Of a stretch of DNA of 64,000 nucleotides, positions 9,500-19,358 are shown one piece after another. The stretch spans positions 2,080,001 to 2,144,000 of the forward strand of contig CBDFLE010000006.1 of assembly GCA_965248925.1 (NCBI GenBank), read 5' to 3'. Every line of letters begins with the position of its first letter. Position 1 is the first letter of the stretch. Origin of the DNA: Candidatus Multivoradales bacterium. Its GTDB lineage: Bacteria > Acidobacteriota > Thermoanaerobaculia > Multivoradales > J023. Position numbers and translations under genes: made by a program. Below the pieces are notes generated by a model. That model made no database searches. It had not been told where the DNA came from and was given only the letters and a program-made list of their open reading frames with translations.

Positions 9500-10616
9500 C
9501 GCTGACAGCCTCCTTGATAGGGGCGGTGGCGTCAATCTGCCGTATCTCCACGCCAGCCGGCAAAACCCAACCACGATAGGCCACCGGCAGCGGCGACGAC
9601 TGCCCCTGCAGGCGGATCTCCAAAGATCCCACGACGGGTCCGGTAGCCGTCGGCTGGGCGCGTAAGAGCAGCCGACGACAGGCCCCTTCGGTGTCTGCAC
9701 ACGGCTCCTCGCCGAGCCATTCAAAGAGGCCGGCGGGGTCTTCGACGGCGACAATGTGAAAAGGCGTCTGGCTGCGACTGCGCAGTTCGAGCGACTCGGT
9801 GACGGTCTCAAAAACTCGGCCGCCGCTTAGCTTGAGCGGGTTGCGGTCCGGCCGCACGTCGCCAAAAACATTGGCCCAATACCGCAGCACCATCAACGGC
9901 TGGTTGACAACGTTGGTTTCGAGCAGCAAACGCCCTTCTTGCAAACCGAGCGCACCGCCCGCAGCCAGGGAGATTTCGAGCCTACGGCCCTCGCCGGGCA
10001 GGCCCACCGCACCGATATCGCGCAGCGCCGCGCCCGCCGGTGCGTCTCGAACGCCGAGTAGGGAAAGCTGTGGCACTTCGCGGCTAGCTAGCTCGACCAC
10101 CGCCCGACCACCCGTCGCCGGATCGACCCAGCCGAAACCTATCGACAAGGTCTCAGGATCATAGGCCGATTGGACGAAGCCGCTGAGGCTGAGTTTGTAA
10201 TGAGCGCTGCCAGGGCCAACGTCGAAGCCGTCGCGTTCGTCGGTGTAGACGCCCACCCGCATCCCGGTTCTGCCGAGGTGCTCGACCAAAGGCTGGTGAA
10301 CGGTCAGCTCGGCTCGGGCTCCAGGGGCCAGGTCGACTGGCAGGCCTCCTACCCAACCTTCCGGCGAACGCGGCAAGACCGAGACAATACGCACCGGATG
10401 GTCAGACGGGTTCTCGACCCGGAAAACATGCACCACCGTTTGGTGCTGATAGCGTTCGCCGAACTCGGCGTGCGGGGTCGCGAAAACGAGTGCGAGCGGC
10501 GCCTCTCCGGCACCGCTCGCGGTTGCGCAGGCGATGGTCAGAACCATCGCGGCGATCGTTTTCACCCAGCTCGCCAAGCCGACCCCGCCGCCTGAAACGG
10601 CCAGATCGATCCGCAT
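9486..10616 (-). CDS. Secreted protein with tandem Ig-like domains (DUF1573/PapD-like)
   Basis: Signal peptide; 'AEFGERYQHQTVVHVFRVENPSDHPVRI...LAPGARAELTV' is DUF1573-like, followed by two further all-beta repeats. Confidence 0.7.
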   Translation of the reverse strand: MRIDLAVSGGGVGLASWVKTIAAMVLTIACATASGAGEAPLALVFATPHAEFGERYQHQTVVHVFRVENPSDHPVRIVSVLPRSPEGWVGGLPVDLAPGARAELTVHQPLVEHLGRTGMRVGVYTDERDGFDVGPGSAHYKLSLSGFVQSAYDPETLSIGFGWVDPATGGRAVVELASREVPQLSLLGVRDAPAGAALRDIGAVGLPGEGRRLEISLAAGGALGLQEGRLLLETNVVNQPLMVLRYWANVFGDVRPDRNPLKLSGGRVFETVTESLELRSRSQTPFHIVAVEDPAGLFEWLGEEPCADTEGACRRLLLRAQPTATGPVVGSLEIRLQGQSSPLPVAYRGWVLPAGVEIRQIDATAPIKEAVSDGQD

Positions 10617-10629
10617 CCGGTGACTCCGA

Positions 10630-11217
10630 TCAGTCGATCTCGAAGCTCAACAGCTCGACCGGCAAGGTGCCGGTGATGTCGAGGGTGAAGCCGCCGCAAG
10701 AAGCTGCGCCCGCGGCGTAGTACGAGTCGATGTAGATGAAGTAGCTGGCCGGGGTCAGCGGTGCCGGAATCATGTCCGCGCCGGCCGGGTTGGTCTGTGA
10801 GATGTCGGAAGGCACACCACCGCCGATCGCGTCATTGAACGCGATGCAGCTAGTGCCCAGCCCACAGGTGCCGACGAGGAAGATCCCTAGGTCCGCCGCG
10901 GCGGGGGTCAAGGTCATGGTGATCGCAGAGTTGCCGGCACCGACAAGAATCTCGTAGACCAACTCAGGTCCTGGGTACAGCAGGCTGTTGCAAGTGGCGC
11001 TAGCGTAGTCGCTGATCGCCGCCACGCCCGCGCAAGTGTCCAGGGTGGCATCGGTGAAGGGCAGCGCCGAGATTGTAGCCACGGTCGCGCAGGGGCCGGA
11101 GCTATCACCGGGAGGGGCCGGGGCGCCGATGCGCTCGCGCTGAGTTTGCGCGCTGACCGCGCTGCCTACCAGGAGCACCGCCATCACGATGCAGACGAAA
11201 ATGCGAGATCTGTTCAA
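10630..11217 (-). CDS. Secreted Cys-containing PPC-like beta-sandwich protein ending in the motif LPVELLSFEID
   Basis: Strong GGAGGAG RBS, TTG start, signal peptide; 'GPELVY', 'DLGIFLVGTC', 'YFIYIDSY', 'CGGFTLDI'. Confidence 0.8.
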   Translation of the reverse strand: MNRSRIFVCIVMAVLLVGSAVSAQTQRERIGAPAPPGDSSGPCATVATISALPFTDATLDTCAGVAAISDYASATCNSLLYPGPELVYEILVGAGNSAITMTLTPAAADLGIFLVGTCGLGTSCIAFNDAIGGGVPSDISQTNPAGADMIPAPLTPASYFIYIDSYYAAGAASCGGFTLDITGTLPVELLSFEID

Positions 11218-11400
11218 GGGCTTCTCCTCCCTTTCGGGCTTAGAGAGATCTTAGGGACGGCGCCAAACGCCAGGCTCTAGATTGCAGAGAAGGCCACTAT
11301 ACAACCAATCTGGCAACTCTGTCGATGGTAGGAACACCACCGCACCCCATTTCTCCGAACGGTTTGCAAGTTCTGCAAGGACAAGGATAATAGGCGACCC

Positions 11401-12345
11401 ATGCCGCCCTTGATCCTTCTCGGACCTCAGCGTTCGCACCCCACCGTCGCCGAGGAGATCGCGCGTCTCGGCATCGCCGGCCCGGTGGCGGTGATCACCG
11501 CCGGCTGGCAAGAGCGTGAGGCGGAAGACGCGGAATTGGAGGAGCACCTTGGCCGGCCGCTGGTCGATCTGCGGCTCTACCGTCGGGCGGAGCGGGTGTT
11601 CGAGCAAGACCAAGACCTTTTCTTCGGCCTCAGACAGCGCCAGGATGATCTGCGTGAGCTACAGCGACTGTACCGCTATCGCCTCGACTTTGTTCTCGAA
11701 CCGGCCCGTGAGTTGCTCGCCAGCAGCAACGAGTCACCGTTCTTGGAGGAGCAGCGGCAAGCAGCGGTAGCAGCCGTGCGGCGACTCGACAAGCAACACC
11801 TGGAGCGCATTTACGCCATCCACGCCGACCACGATTCGACTTGGCGTCTGAACCAGCGGCCGGCGATTCGCCGTCAGTGCCAGCGGTTGGCCGAGCTGCT
11901 CGAGCCTTGCTCCGCGCTGTTGATCGCTGGCGGTCATGTGGCGATCTTGGTCAACCGGCTGCGCCTTTTCGGCCTGCTGGAGCTAGCCGCCAAATTGCCA
12001 GTGATCGCCTGGTCGGCTGGCGCAATGGCACTTACTGAGCGCATTGTTCTGTTCCACGACACCCCTCCTCAAGGTGCCGGCAACGCGGAGATTCTCGATG
12101 CTGGTCTGGGCCTGCTCAGCGATTGGCTGGTGATGCCGCACGCGGCGCAACGATTGCGCCTGCACGACCAGGTCCGCGTTGCCCTCTTTGCCCAACGCTT
12201 CAGCCCGGCCCGCTGCATACCCTTCGACGATGGCGACCGGCTGCGTTTCGCCTCCCGCCGCGACAGCTCGACCCCCGAGCCCGATGCCAACACCCGCGTT
12301 CTGACCCCACAAGGCACGGTGGCGACGCTCCGGAGCAGCGCATGA
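11401..12345 (+). CDS. Peptidase S51 (peptidase E/cyanophycinase-like, class I glutamine amidotransferase fold)
   Basis: 'LLIAGGHVAIL', nucleophile elbow 'WSAGAMA', 'GLGLL...VMPHA'. Confidence 0.78.
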   Translation: MPPLILLGPQRSHPTVAEEIARLGIAGPVAVITAGWQEREAEDAELEEHLGRPLVDLRLYRRAERVFEQDQDLFFGLRQRQDDLRELQRLYRYRLDFVLEPARELLASSNESPFLEEQRQAAVAAVRRLDKQHLERIYAIHADHDSTWRLNQRPAIRRQCQRLAELLEPCSALLIAGGHVAILVNRLRLFGLLELAAKLPVIAWSAGAMALTERIVLFHDTPPQGAGNAEILDAGLGLLSDWLVMPHAAQRLRLHDQVRVALFAQRFSPARCIPFDDGDRLRFASRRDSSTPEPDANTRVLTPQGTVATLRSSA

Positions 12346-13478
12346 GCGGCGCCCTCGATCAGCTGCTCAAGGACGGCACGCCGAGCCCCGAGGCTCTCGA
12401 CGCGTTCATCGCCGGGAACAGCTTTCCGATCATCGAAGGCCAGCAGCTGACCTTTGTCTATCGCGGCGAGACGGATGCCGTGCTGCTGCAGCACTTCATC
12501 TATGGCCTGCCCACCTCGCAGCCCTTTCACCGGCTCGCCGGCACCGACCTCTGGTATCTGGAGCAAGAGCTGCCGCGCAACTCGCGCATGCAGTACAAGT
12601 TCAATCTGGTGCGGGGCGACGACCACGGCTGGATTCTCGACCCGCTAAATCCACGCCTGGCGCGCGACCCTTTCGGCGCCAATTCGGTGTGTCATTCAGC
12701 CGGCGCCAAACGTCCCGAGTGGACCCATCCCAACGACGACACTCGGCCGGGCAAGATCGAGCTGCTGGACCTGCACAGCGACGCCTTCGGTGGAGACCGT
12801 CAGATCAAGGTCTACCTGCCGGCGCGCTATCGGCCGCATCGACGTTATCCCCTCTTGGTAGTCCACGACGGCAGCGATTACTTGCGCTACTCGGACCTGC
12901 AAACCGTACTCGACAATCTGATTCACCGCTTGGAGGTAGCGCCGATGATCGTCGCCCTGACCGACGCCACCGAGCGCCTCGACGAGTACCCGGACAACCC
13001 GCTGCAAACCCGCTTCTTGGTCGACGAGCTGGTGCCGCTGCTCGAGCAGACCTACCCGCTGCGCGCCGAGCCGGCGGCCCGCTGTTTGATGGGCGCTAGT
13101 TTCGGTGGCGTTGCCACCCTGTCCTGCGCTTGGCGGCGGCCGGGTTTCTGGGGCCGGCTGTTGCTGCAATCGGGTTCGTTCGCCTTCACCGACATCGGCG
13201 CTCACCAACGGGGGCCGCTCTTCGATCCGGTGGTGAACTTCGTTAATGCCTTCCGCCGCGCTCCGGGCCGACCCAGCGAAAAGGTCTTCATGTCCTGCGG
13301 CACCTACGAGTCGCTGATCTACGAGAACCGCTCACTGGTACCGCTGCTGCAATCCACCGGCATGGACGTGCGCTGGGTCGAAGCTCGCGACGGCCACAAC
13401 TGGGAGAACTGGCGCGACCGGCTGCGCGAAGGACTGTCGTGGCTTTTTCCAGGCCCACTGTGGATGGTCTACGAGTAG
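12342..13478 (+). CDS. Enterochelin esterase (Fes)-like alpha/beta hydrolase with an N-terminal E-set domain
   Basis: ATGA overlap with the upstream gene; 'YKF...WILDPLNP', 'VYLP...YPLLVVHDG', 'GASFGG', 'GHNWENWR'. Confidence 0.85.
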   Translation: MSGALDQLLKDGTPSPEALDAFIAGNSFPIIEGQQLTFVYRGETDAVLLQHFIYGLPTSQPFHRLAGTDLWYLEQELPRNSRMQYKFNLVRGDDHGWILDPLNPRLARDPFGANSVCHSAGAKRPEWTHPNDDTRPGKIELLDLHSDAFGGDRQIKVYLPARYRPHRRYPLLVVHDGSDYLRYSDLQTVLDNLIHRLEVAPMIVALTDATERLDEYPDNPLQTRFLVDELVPLLEQTYPLRAEPAARCLMGASFGGVATLSCAWRRPGFWGRLLLQSGSFAFTDIGAHQRGPLFDPVVNFVNAFRRAPGRPSEKVFMSCGTYESLIYENRSLVPLLQSTGMDVRWVEARDGHNWENWRDRLREGLSWLFPGPLWMVYE

Positions 13479-13613
13479 CGGTTCCCGTGGCCCCACCGAG
13501 GGTGCTATTAATAGCCTGGCTGGCTATGAGAAGCTGCTTACCGGAGCCCGTGATGGGCTGCAACCAATCTCTGTATCGGAGGCTCGCGCTCTGCCTCCAG
13601 GAAGGACCTTGCC

Positions 13614-14879
13614 GTGGCCCATACCAAACGTCTGATCGGCCTCTCGCTGGGAGCCGACCTGTGTTGGCCGATTTGCTTCGAGGAACTCATCGAACGCCTC
13701 GACCTGCGCATTCCGCACAACGGCGACACCGTCGAGATCGGCGTCGAGAGGCTGACCATTGAGCCCTACGATTTGCAGCAGCCTTGTCGCTACTCGGTGG
13801 TACTCGACCGCCTGACCCACTGGTACCACACCAGTCGCGAATGGATCAAGAAGGCGGTAGTTCTCGACGATCTCTATGTGCTCAACAATCCGTGGTCGGT
13901 GCAGTCGATGGAGAAGCAAACTAGCTACTGCGCCATGCAGCGCCTGGGCATGCCGGTGCCGCGCACCTGGATGGTGCCGCCCAAAGCCTACGCAGACCAC
14001 GATGACCTCGACACCACCTTGCGGCGCTACGCCAAGCTCTTCGACATCGGCGAGGTGGGCGAGAATCTGGGCTACCCGCTGTTCATGAAGCCCTACGACG
14101 GCGGCGGCTGGCGCGGGGTCAATAAGATCGACGATGCCGACAAGCTGCGCCAGACCTACAACGACAGCGGCACCTTCGTCATGCACTTACAGCGAGCGGT
14201 GGAAGATTGGGATCTATTCATTCGCTGCATCGGCATCGGCCCGCAGGTCAACGCCGTGCGCTACGACCCGGAAGCAGCACTGCACGACCGCTACAAAGTC
14301 GAGTTCAACTTCCTCGATCCGACCGAGTATCAGCATCTGCGCAACATGACCCTGACCATCAACAGCTTCTTCGGCTGGGACTTCAACTCTTGCGAGGCCT
14401 TGCGCTCGGGCGGCGTGTTCTACCCCATCGACTTCGCCAACGCTTGCCCGGACTCGCAGGTCACCTCGCTGCACTACCACTTCCCGTGGTTGATCAAGGC
14501 TCTGGTGCGCTGGTCGGTGTTTTGTGCCGTCACCGGTCGCAAGATGCGCCAGAACGTCGATTGGCAGCCCTTCTACGACATTCAAAAACGCGGCCTGCCT
14601 TTCGCCGAAGCACTGGTCGAATACGGCAAGATCGCCGACCAGCGGTTCGAGACCGAGCGCTTCGAAGAATTCTGCGAGCAGCACCTCTCCCATCTCGACG
14701 AAGTGGCGATGGAACTATTCTCTAGTGAGCGAGCCCGCCAAGCGGTGCAGCTCAAAGTCGAATCCCTCTTCCCCAAGCACGAAATCGAGCAGTTCACCGA
14801 CCATTTCTGGGGCCTGATCCAATTCTGGCGTCAGACCGAAGGCGACCGCATGGCAGCGGCGAGCAAGACCTCAGACTAG
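13614..14879 (+). CDS. ATP-grasp ligase (RimK/glutathione-synthetase-like)
   Basis: 'GMPVPRTWMVP', 'GYPLFMKPYDGGGWRGV', 'MHLQRAV', 'DFNSCE...YPIDFANACPD'; AGGAAGG before the GTG start. Confidence 0.85.
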   Translation: MAHTKRLIGLSLGADLCWPICFEELIERLDLRIPHNGDTVEIGVERLTIEPYDLQQPCRYSVVLDRLTHWYHTSREWIKKAVVLDDLYVLNNPWSVQSMEKQTSYCAMQRLGMPVPRTWMVPPKAYADHDDLDTTLRRYAKLFDIGEVGENLGYPLFMKPYDGGGWRGVNKIDDADKLRQTYNDSGTFVMHLQRAVEDWDLFIRCIGIGPQVNAVRYDPEAALHDRYKVEFNFLDPTEYQHLRNMTLTINSFFGWDFNSCEALRSGGVFYPIDFANACPDSQVTSLHYHFPWLIKALVRWSVFCAVTGRKMRQNVDWQPFYDIQKRGLPFAEALVEYGKIADQRFETERFEEFCEQHLSHLDEVAMELFSSERARQAVQLKVESLFPKHEIEQFTDHFWGLIQFWRQTEGDRMAAASKTSD

Positions 14880-14918
14880 CTACCTGGGGGGAGAGGGTAA
14901 ACCACCCTTCCGGGGTAG
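14880..14918 (+). terminator. Hairpin just downstream of the ATP-grasp gene (possible terminator)
   Basis: ctacc..gga.agggt-aaacc-accct.tcc..ggtag pairing; no U-tract. Confidence 0.3.
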
Positions 14919-15649
14919 TGCGGGCCGCCTCGCTGCTAGCTATCCTCAGACTGTCAACTCTTGGGACCGTTCGTCCTAAAGCCACCCGAAGGTCTCGGTC
15001 TCCAGGTCGGTAATGGCGCGGTTCTTGCGGGAGCTATCCCGTTCTTTTGCGCTGTGTTTTTGGGGAAGGCTGTGCCTTCCGGAAGCTGTCAGGGAGAGCA
15101 AGATGACGACGTAGCACCGCCATGCGTCGAAGGAGCAGGTGTGTTGTCCCACTGGACAAATGCTTGAGAATTACCGCCAACCAACCCTCTCAACCCTGGT
15201 AGTGCCAGCCGCACTCTCAGCCACTCTTGGCTACCCCACCGAGAGTTCCGCCCAAGCTAATGTGAGCTCGGCCAAAGTGGACTCGGTCAGTAGCGTCAGG
15301 GCCTTTATCAGGACCGGCCTGCTGCGGGTTCGCGGCCAGCTCGCGCCCGACCAGGACGGCATCTATGCCGACTCAGTGGGCATCTTCCGTGGTGGCGCCA
15401 ACACTGGCGTTGCAGCGGTGCTCTGCTGGCCACCGCCCCCGCCAATCCCACCCACGGCCGCTTTTTCTTCCGCTGCAACGACAGTGTTTGCATCGCACCC
15501 GAGGCAGCGTCGATGGCGCAGCCCGATCCGGCACCGCTGAGCAAGGCCGGCAACCCCGCCAACGGCTCGCCGTTCTGCATTCAATCATCTCTGGGGGCCT
15601 TCATCGTCGTCGACATCGACCCGATGCCCGATTCTTCGGACCCGTCGCG

Positions 15650-16875
15650 TTTCACGGCTGCCCGGACAGCTGCCCGCTGGAGACCGCGCGGCTGGCGAAA
15701 GCGCAGAAGATCCTCGGCGACCGGGTCGGCCAGGACATCTTCATGTACTCGATCACCATCGATCCGGAGAACGACACCCCGGAGGTGCTGGCGAAGTACG
15801 CCGAGCGCTACCGAGCCCAACCGGGCTGGTGGTTTCTGACCGGCAAAGAGGCCGACATCACCCTGCTGCGGCAGAAGCTGGGACTCTACATGGAGGAGAT
15901 CCAGGACGGCTCCAACAACCACAACCTGAGCCTGATCATCGGCAACCAGGCCACCGGCCAGTGGATGCGGCGCTCGCCATTCGAGAATCCCTACGTCCTG
16001 GCAACCCAGATCGGCAGCTGGCTGAGCGGCTGGAAGGCTCCTGCCGAAGCCGCCCCGGACTATGCCACCGCCCCCAAAGTGCGCAACATCTCGCAGGGCG
16101 AGCAGCTCTTTCGCACCCGTTGCGCGACGTGCCACACCATCGGCCGCGGCGAAGAAGGGCTGGCCCCCGGACTGATCGGCCCCGATCTGCTGGAAGTTGC
16201 CAAGCGACGAGAACGGGCCTGGCTCGAACGCTGGCTGGCAGTTCCAGACCAGATGTTGGCGGAGGGAGATCCCATCGCCCTGGGCCCTATGCCAAGTACA
16301 ACAATGTACCGATGCTCAACATGCGCCTGAGCGAGGTCGATGTGGAGGATCTGCTGCTCTAGGTGAGCACCGAGAGCAACCGGATGCTGATGCAGCGGGC
16401 ACGGGAGAAGAAGCGGGCCAGGAAAATGAAGGCAGCCACCCAAACCGACACCGCAGCGAGCGACACCGCAGCGAGCGACACCGCAGCGCCAACCCTCACC
16501 GCGGCCAGCGACGACGTCGTGGCGATCATGAACGCCTGGATTCGCGAAGCACACCCCGAGGCGGCCACCAACGCCGGCTACATGACGCTGGTTAACAGCG
16601 GCACTGAAGAGCTGACCCTGACCCACCTCGATAGCCCGGCCTTCGACAAGGTCGAGCTGCATGAGATGACGATGCACAGCGGATTGATGAAGATGCGCCA
16701 GCTAGCCGAGATGGTCGTGCCGGCGGGTGGCCTGGTGCGCTTCGCGCCCGGCGGCCGGCACCTCATGCTGCACGGCCCACACCAACACCTCGAGGCAGGT
16801 CAGACAGTAGAGCTAATCTTGACTTTCCGCTGTGGTAGAAAGCAACGAGTGACGGTTAAAGTGGCCACTCCCTAG
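15650..16875 (+). pseudogene. Disrupted SCO/SenC - cytochrome c - PCu(A)C copper chaperone fusion
   Basis: SCO 'CPDSCP...SITIDPENDTPEVL' with its N-terminus missing; haem motif CATCH; frameshift near 16286; in-frame TAG at 16360-16362; then the PCuAC motif 'ELHEM...MKMR...PGGRHLML' (16363-16875, which may still be translated alone). Confidence 0.75.
16446..16488 (+). repeat. About three copies of a 15-bp tandem repeat encoding a DTAAS linker
   Basis: cgacaccgcagcgag repeated. Confidence 0.7.
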
Positions 16876-16920
16876 CCGCGGCCAGCTCTTGGGCGACAAT
16901 CGGCCAACACCACCCTGCCT

Positions 16921-16963
16921 CATGACCCGTGTCATAGGGAAGGGTAGAATGCTTCGCTACGCT
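16921..16963 (+). promoter_or_regulatory. CRP/FNR-family box (cATGAC-ccgt-GTCATa) with a -10 element TACGCT
   Basis: Palindrome at 16922-16935; TAnnnT hexamer starts 29.5 bp from the box centre, as at three other sites in the window. Confidence 0.6.
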
Positions 16964-17047
16964 ATTCTTGGGCTTGGTCTTTCGGCGCTCGGGTGCGACC
17001 GCGGCGAGTAAGCCTGCTCCATTCACCATTCACCAGGCGAGACCAGC

Positions 17048-19324
17048 ATGAAAGTCAGCTGCATCGGCGGTGGCCCTGGCGGCCTCTATTCGGCAATCCT
17101 GATCAAGGCGCGCTTCCCCGCGGCGGAGGTCGAGGTTTTCGAACGCCAGAAGCCGGGCGAGACCTTTGGCTTCGGCGTGGTGTTCTCCGACGCCACCCTG
17201 GACAAGCTGGCGGCGGCGGACGCCGAGACCTACGCCGACATTCGCGCCCATTTTGCCCATTGGGACGATATCGACATCCACCGTGCTGGTCTTTCCGGTG
17301 CGGCGGAGGTCTGGACCTCCACCGGCCACGGTTTCTGCGGCTTCTCCCGCCAGACCTTGCTCGACATCCTCCAGCGCCGCTGCCGCGAACTTGGCGTCAA
17401 GCTACACTTCGAGCATCAAGTCGACTCCCTGGAAGCGTTCGCCGAGGCCGATCTGATCGTCGCCGCCGATGGCATCAACAGCCCGATTCGCGAGCGCTTC
17501 AAGGAGCACTTCCAGCCCGATCTCGACCATCGTCCGAACTATTTCATCTGGCTCGGCACCACCAAGGCGCTCGATGCTTTCACCTTCTATTTTAAAGAGA
17601 ATGATGCTGGGTTGTGGCGGGTCCACGCCTATCAGTACGAGCAGAATCACGCCACATTCATCATCGAATGTACCCCTCGGACTTTCGCCCGCTGCGGCTT
17701 GGCGATCGATGATGAGAAAGCAACGATCGCCTACCTCGAACAGCTCTTCGCAGAGCAGCTCGAGGGCCACCGGCTGATTGGCAACCGTTCTTTCTGGCGT
17801 CAATTCCCCACCGTGCGCTGTGGCAAATGGTCGCACCGCAACATCGTGCTGCTCGGCGATGCTGTCCACACGGCGCATTTCTCGATCGGCTCCGGCACCA
17901 AGTTGGCGATGGAAGACTCGATCGCCCTGGTCGATGCGCTCGCCGCCGAGGCGGATATTCCCACCGCCCTCGAAGCCTACGAAGGTGCTTGGCGCCCCGA
18001 GGTCGAGAGCCTGCAACGGGCCGCTCAGGTCAGCCTCGAATGGTTCGAGAACGTGGAACGCTATTACGGCAGATTCACCGGGCTGCAATTCGCCTTCAGC
18101 CTGCTCAGCCGCTCGTTGCGAGTCAGCCACGCCAATCTGCGCCTGCGCGACCCGAGCTTCGTCGAGCGGGTCGATCGCGACTTCGCCAGCCGTGCTCACG
18201 CCGCCATCGACCTCGCACCGCCGGATGAGAATCAACCGCCACCGCCGCCGATGTTCACCCCCTTCAAATTGCGCGACCTAGTGCTTGAGAACCGGGTGGT
18301 GGTCTCGCCCATGTGCCAATACTCGGCCAGCGACGGCACCGTCGACGATTGGCACCTAGTCCATCTCGGCAGCCGGGCGGTCGGCGGCGCCGGCTTGGTG
18401 ATGACCGAGATGACCGCGATCAGCGCTAGCGCCCGCATCTCGCCGGGATGTGCCGGCCTCTACCAGGCGAGCCAGGTGGCAGCCTGGAGGCGGGTGACGG
18501 ATTTCGTCCACCAGCATTCCGCGGCCAAGATCGGCATCCAGATCGGCCACGCCGGACGCAAGGGCTCGACCCAAGTCCCATGGCAGCAGGCCGACGCACC
18601 GCTGGCGGAGGGCAATTGGCCCTTGCTGGCGCCGTCGGCGATCGCCTACCGCGAGCCCAATCAAGTGCCGCGCGAAATGACCCGCCAAGATCTGGACGCG
18701 GTGCTCGCCGACCACGTGCAGGCCACCGAGCTGGCCGTGGAAGCGGATTTCGACATCCTCGAGCTGCACATGGCTCACGGCTACTTGCTGTCGAGCTTCC
18801 TGTCGCCGCTGACCAACCTGCGCCGTGACGAATTTGGTGGTTCGATCGAGCAACGCATGAAGTACCCGCTCGAGGTCTTCGCGGCAGTGCGCCGGGCCTG
18901 GCCCGAGGACAAACCGATCTCGGTGCGAATCTCGGCCACCGATTGGCTCGCTGGGGGACAATCGGCCGCCGACTCAGTGGCGGTGGCCCGCGCTCTGCAC
19001 CTGGCCGGCTGCGACCTAGTCGACGTCTCCACCGGCCAGGTGGTCGCCGAGCAAGAGCCCGACTATGGGCGCCTCTACCAGACTCCATACGCCGAGCAGA
19101 TCCGCCTCGAAGTCGGCATCCCGACCCTGGCGGTGGGCAATATCTCTACCGCCGAGGATGCCAACTCAGTGCTCGCCGGTGGCCGGGCCGACCTGATAGC
19201 CATCGCCCGCGCCCATCTCTGGGATCCCTACTGGACACGCCATGCCGCCCACCGCGAAAAGCAGGCGCTGGCCTGGCCGGATCCCTACGCCACGATGAAT
19301 CAATACACCCCCCGCAAACCGTGA
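17048..19324 (+). CDS. Bifunctional anthraniloyl-CoA monooxygenase/reductase (salicylyl-CoA 5-hydroxylase family): FAD monooxygenase fused to an Old Yellow Enzyme domain
   Basis: 'IGGGPGGLY', '[10 protein letters not shown]', '[21 protein letters not shown]'; OYE part '[10 protein letters not shown]', 'HAGRKGS', '[28 protein letters not shown]'. Confidence 0.92.
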   Translation: MKVSCIGGGPGGLYSAILIKARFPAAEVEVFERQKPGETFGFGVVFSDATLDKLAAADAETYADIRAHFAHWDDIDIHRAGLSGAAEVWTSTGHGFCGFSRQTLLDILQRRCRELGVKLHFEHQVDSLEAFAEADLIVAADGINSPIRERFKEHFQPDLDHRPNYFIWLGTTKALDAFTFYFKENDAGLWRVHAYQYEQNHATFIIECTPRTFARCGLAIDDEKATIAYLEQLFAEQLEGHRLIGNRSFWRQFPTVRCGKWSHRNIVLLGDAVHTAHFSIGSGTKLAMEDSIALVDALAAEADIPTALEAYEGAWRPEVESLQRAAQVSLEWFENVERYYGRFTGLQFAFSLLSRSLRVSHANLRLRDPSFVERVDRDFASRAHAAIDLAPPDENQPPPPPMFTPFKLRDLVLENRVVVSPMCQYSASDGTVDDWHLVHLGSRAVGGAGLVMTEMTAISASARISPGCAGLYQASQVAAWRRVTDFVHQHSAAKIGIQIGHAGRKGSTQVPWQQADAPLAEGNWPLLAPSAIAYREPNQVPREMTRQDLDAVLADHVQATELAVEADFDILELHMAHGYLLSSFLSPLTNLRRDEFGGSIEQRMKYPLEVFAAVRRAWPEDKPISVRISATDWLAGGQSAADSVAVARALHLAGCDLVDVSTGQVVAEQEPDYGRLYQTPYAEQIRLEVGIPTLAVGNISTAEDANSVLAGGRADLIAIARAHLWDPYWTRHAAHREKQALAWPDPYATMNQYTPRKP

Positions 19325-19358
19325 AACAGGCGGGCGAACCGATGACGAGGTATGGCTG

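Noticed and set aside
14961-15640. Short ORFs or a possible ncRNA upstream of the SCO remnant
   Set aside because: Fragmentary frames with no recognisable domain or RNA motif; probably debris that I cannot assign.
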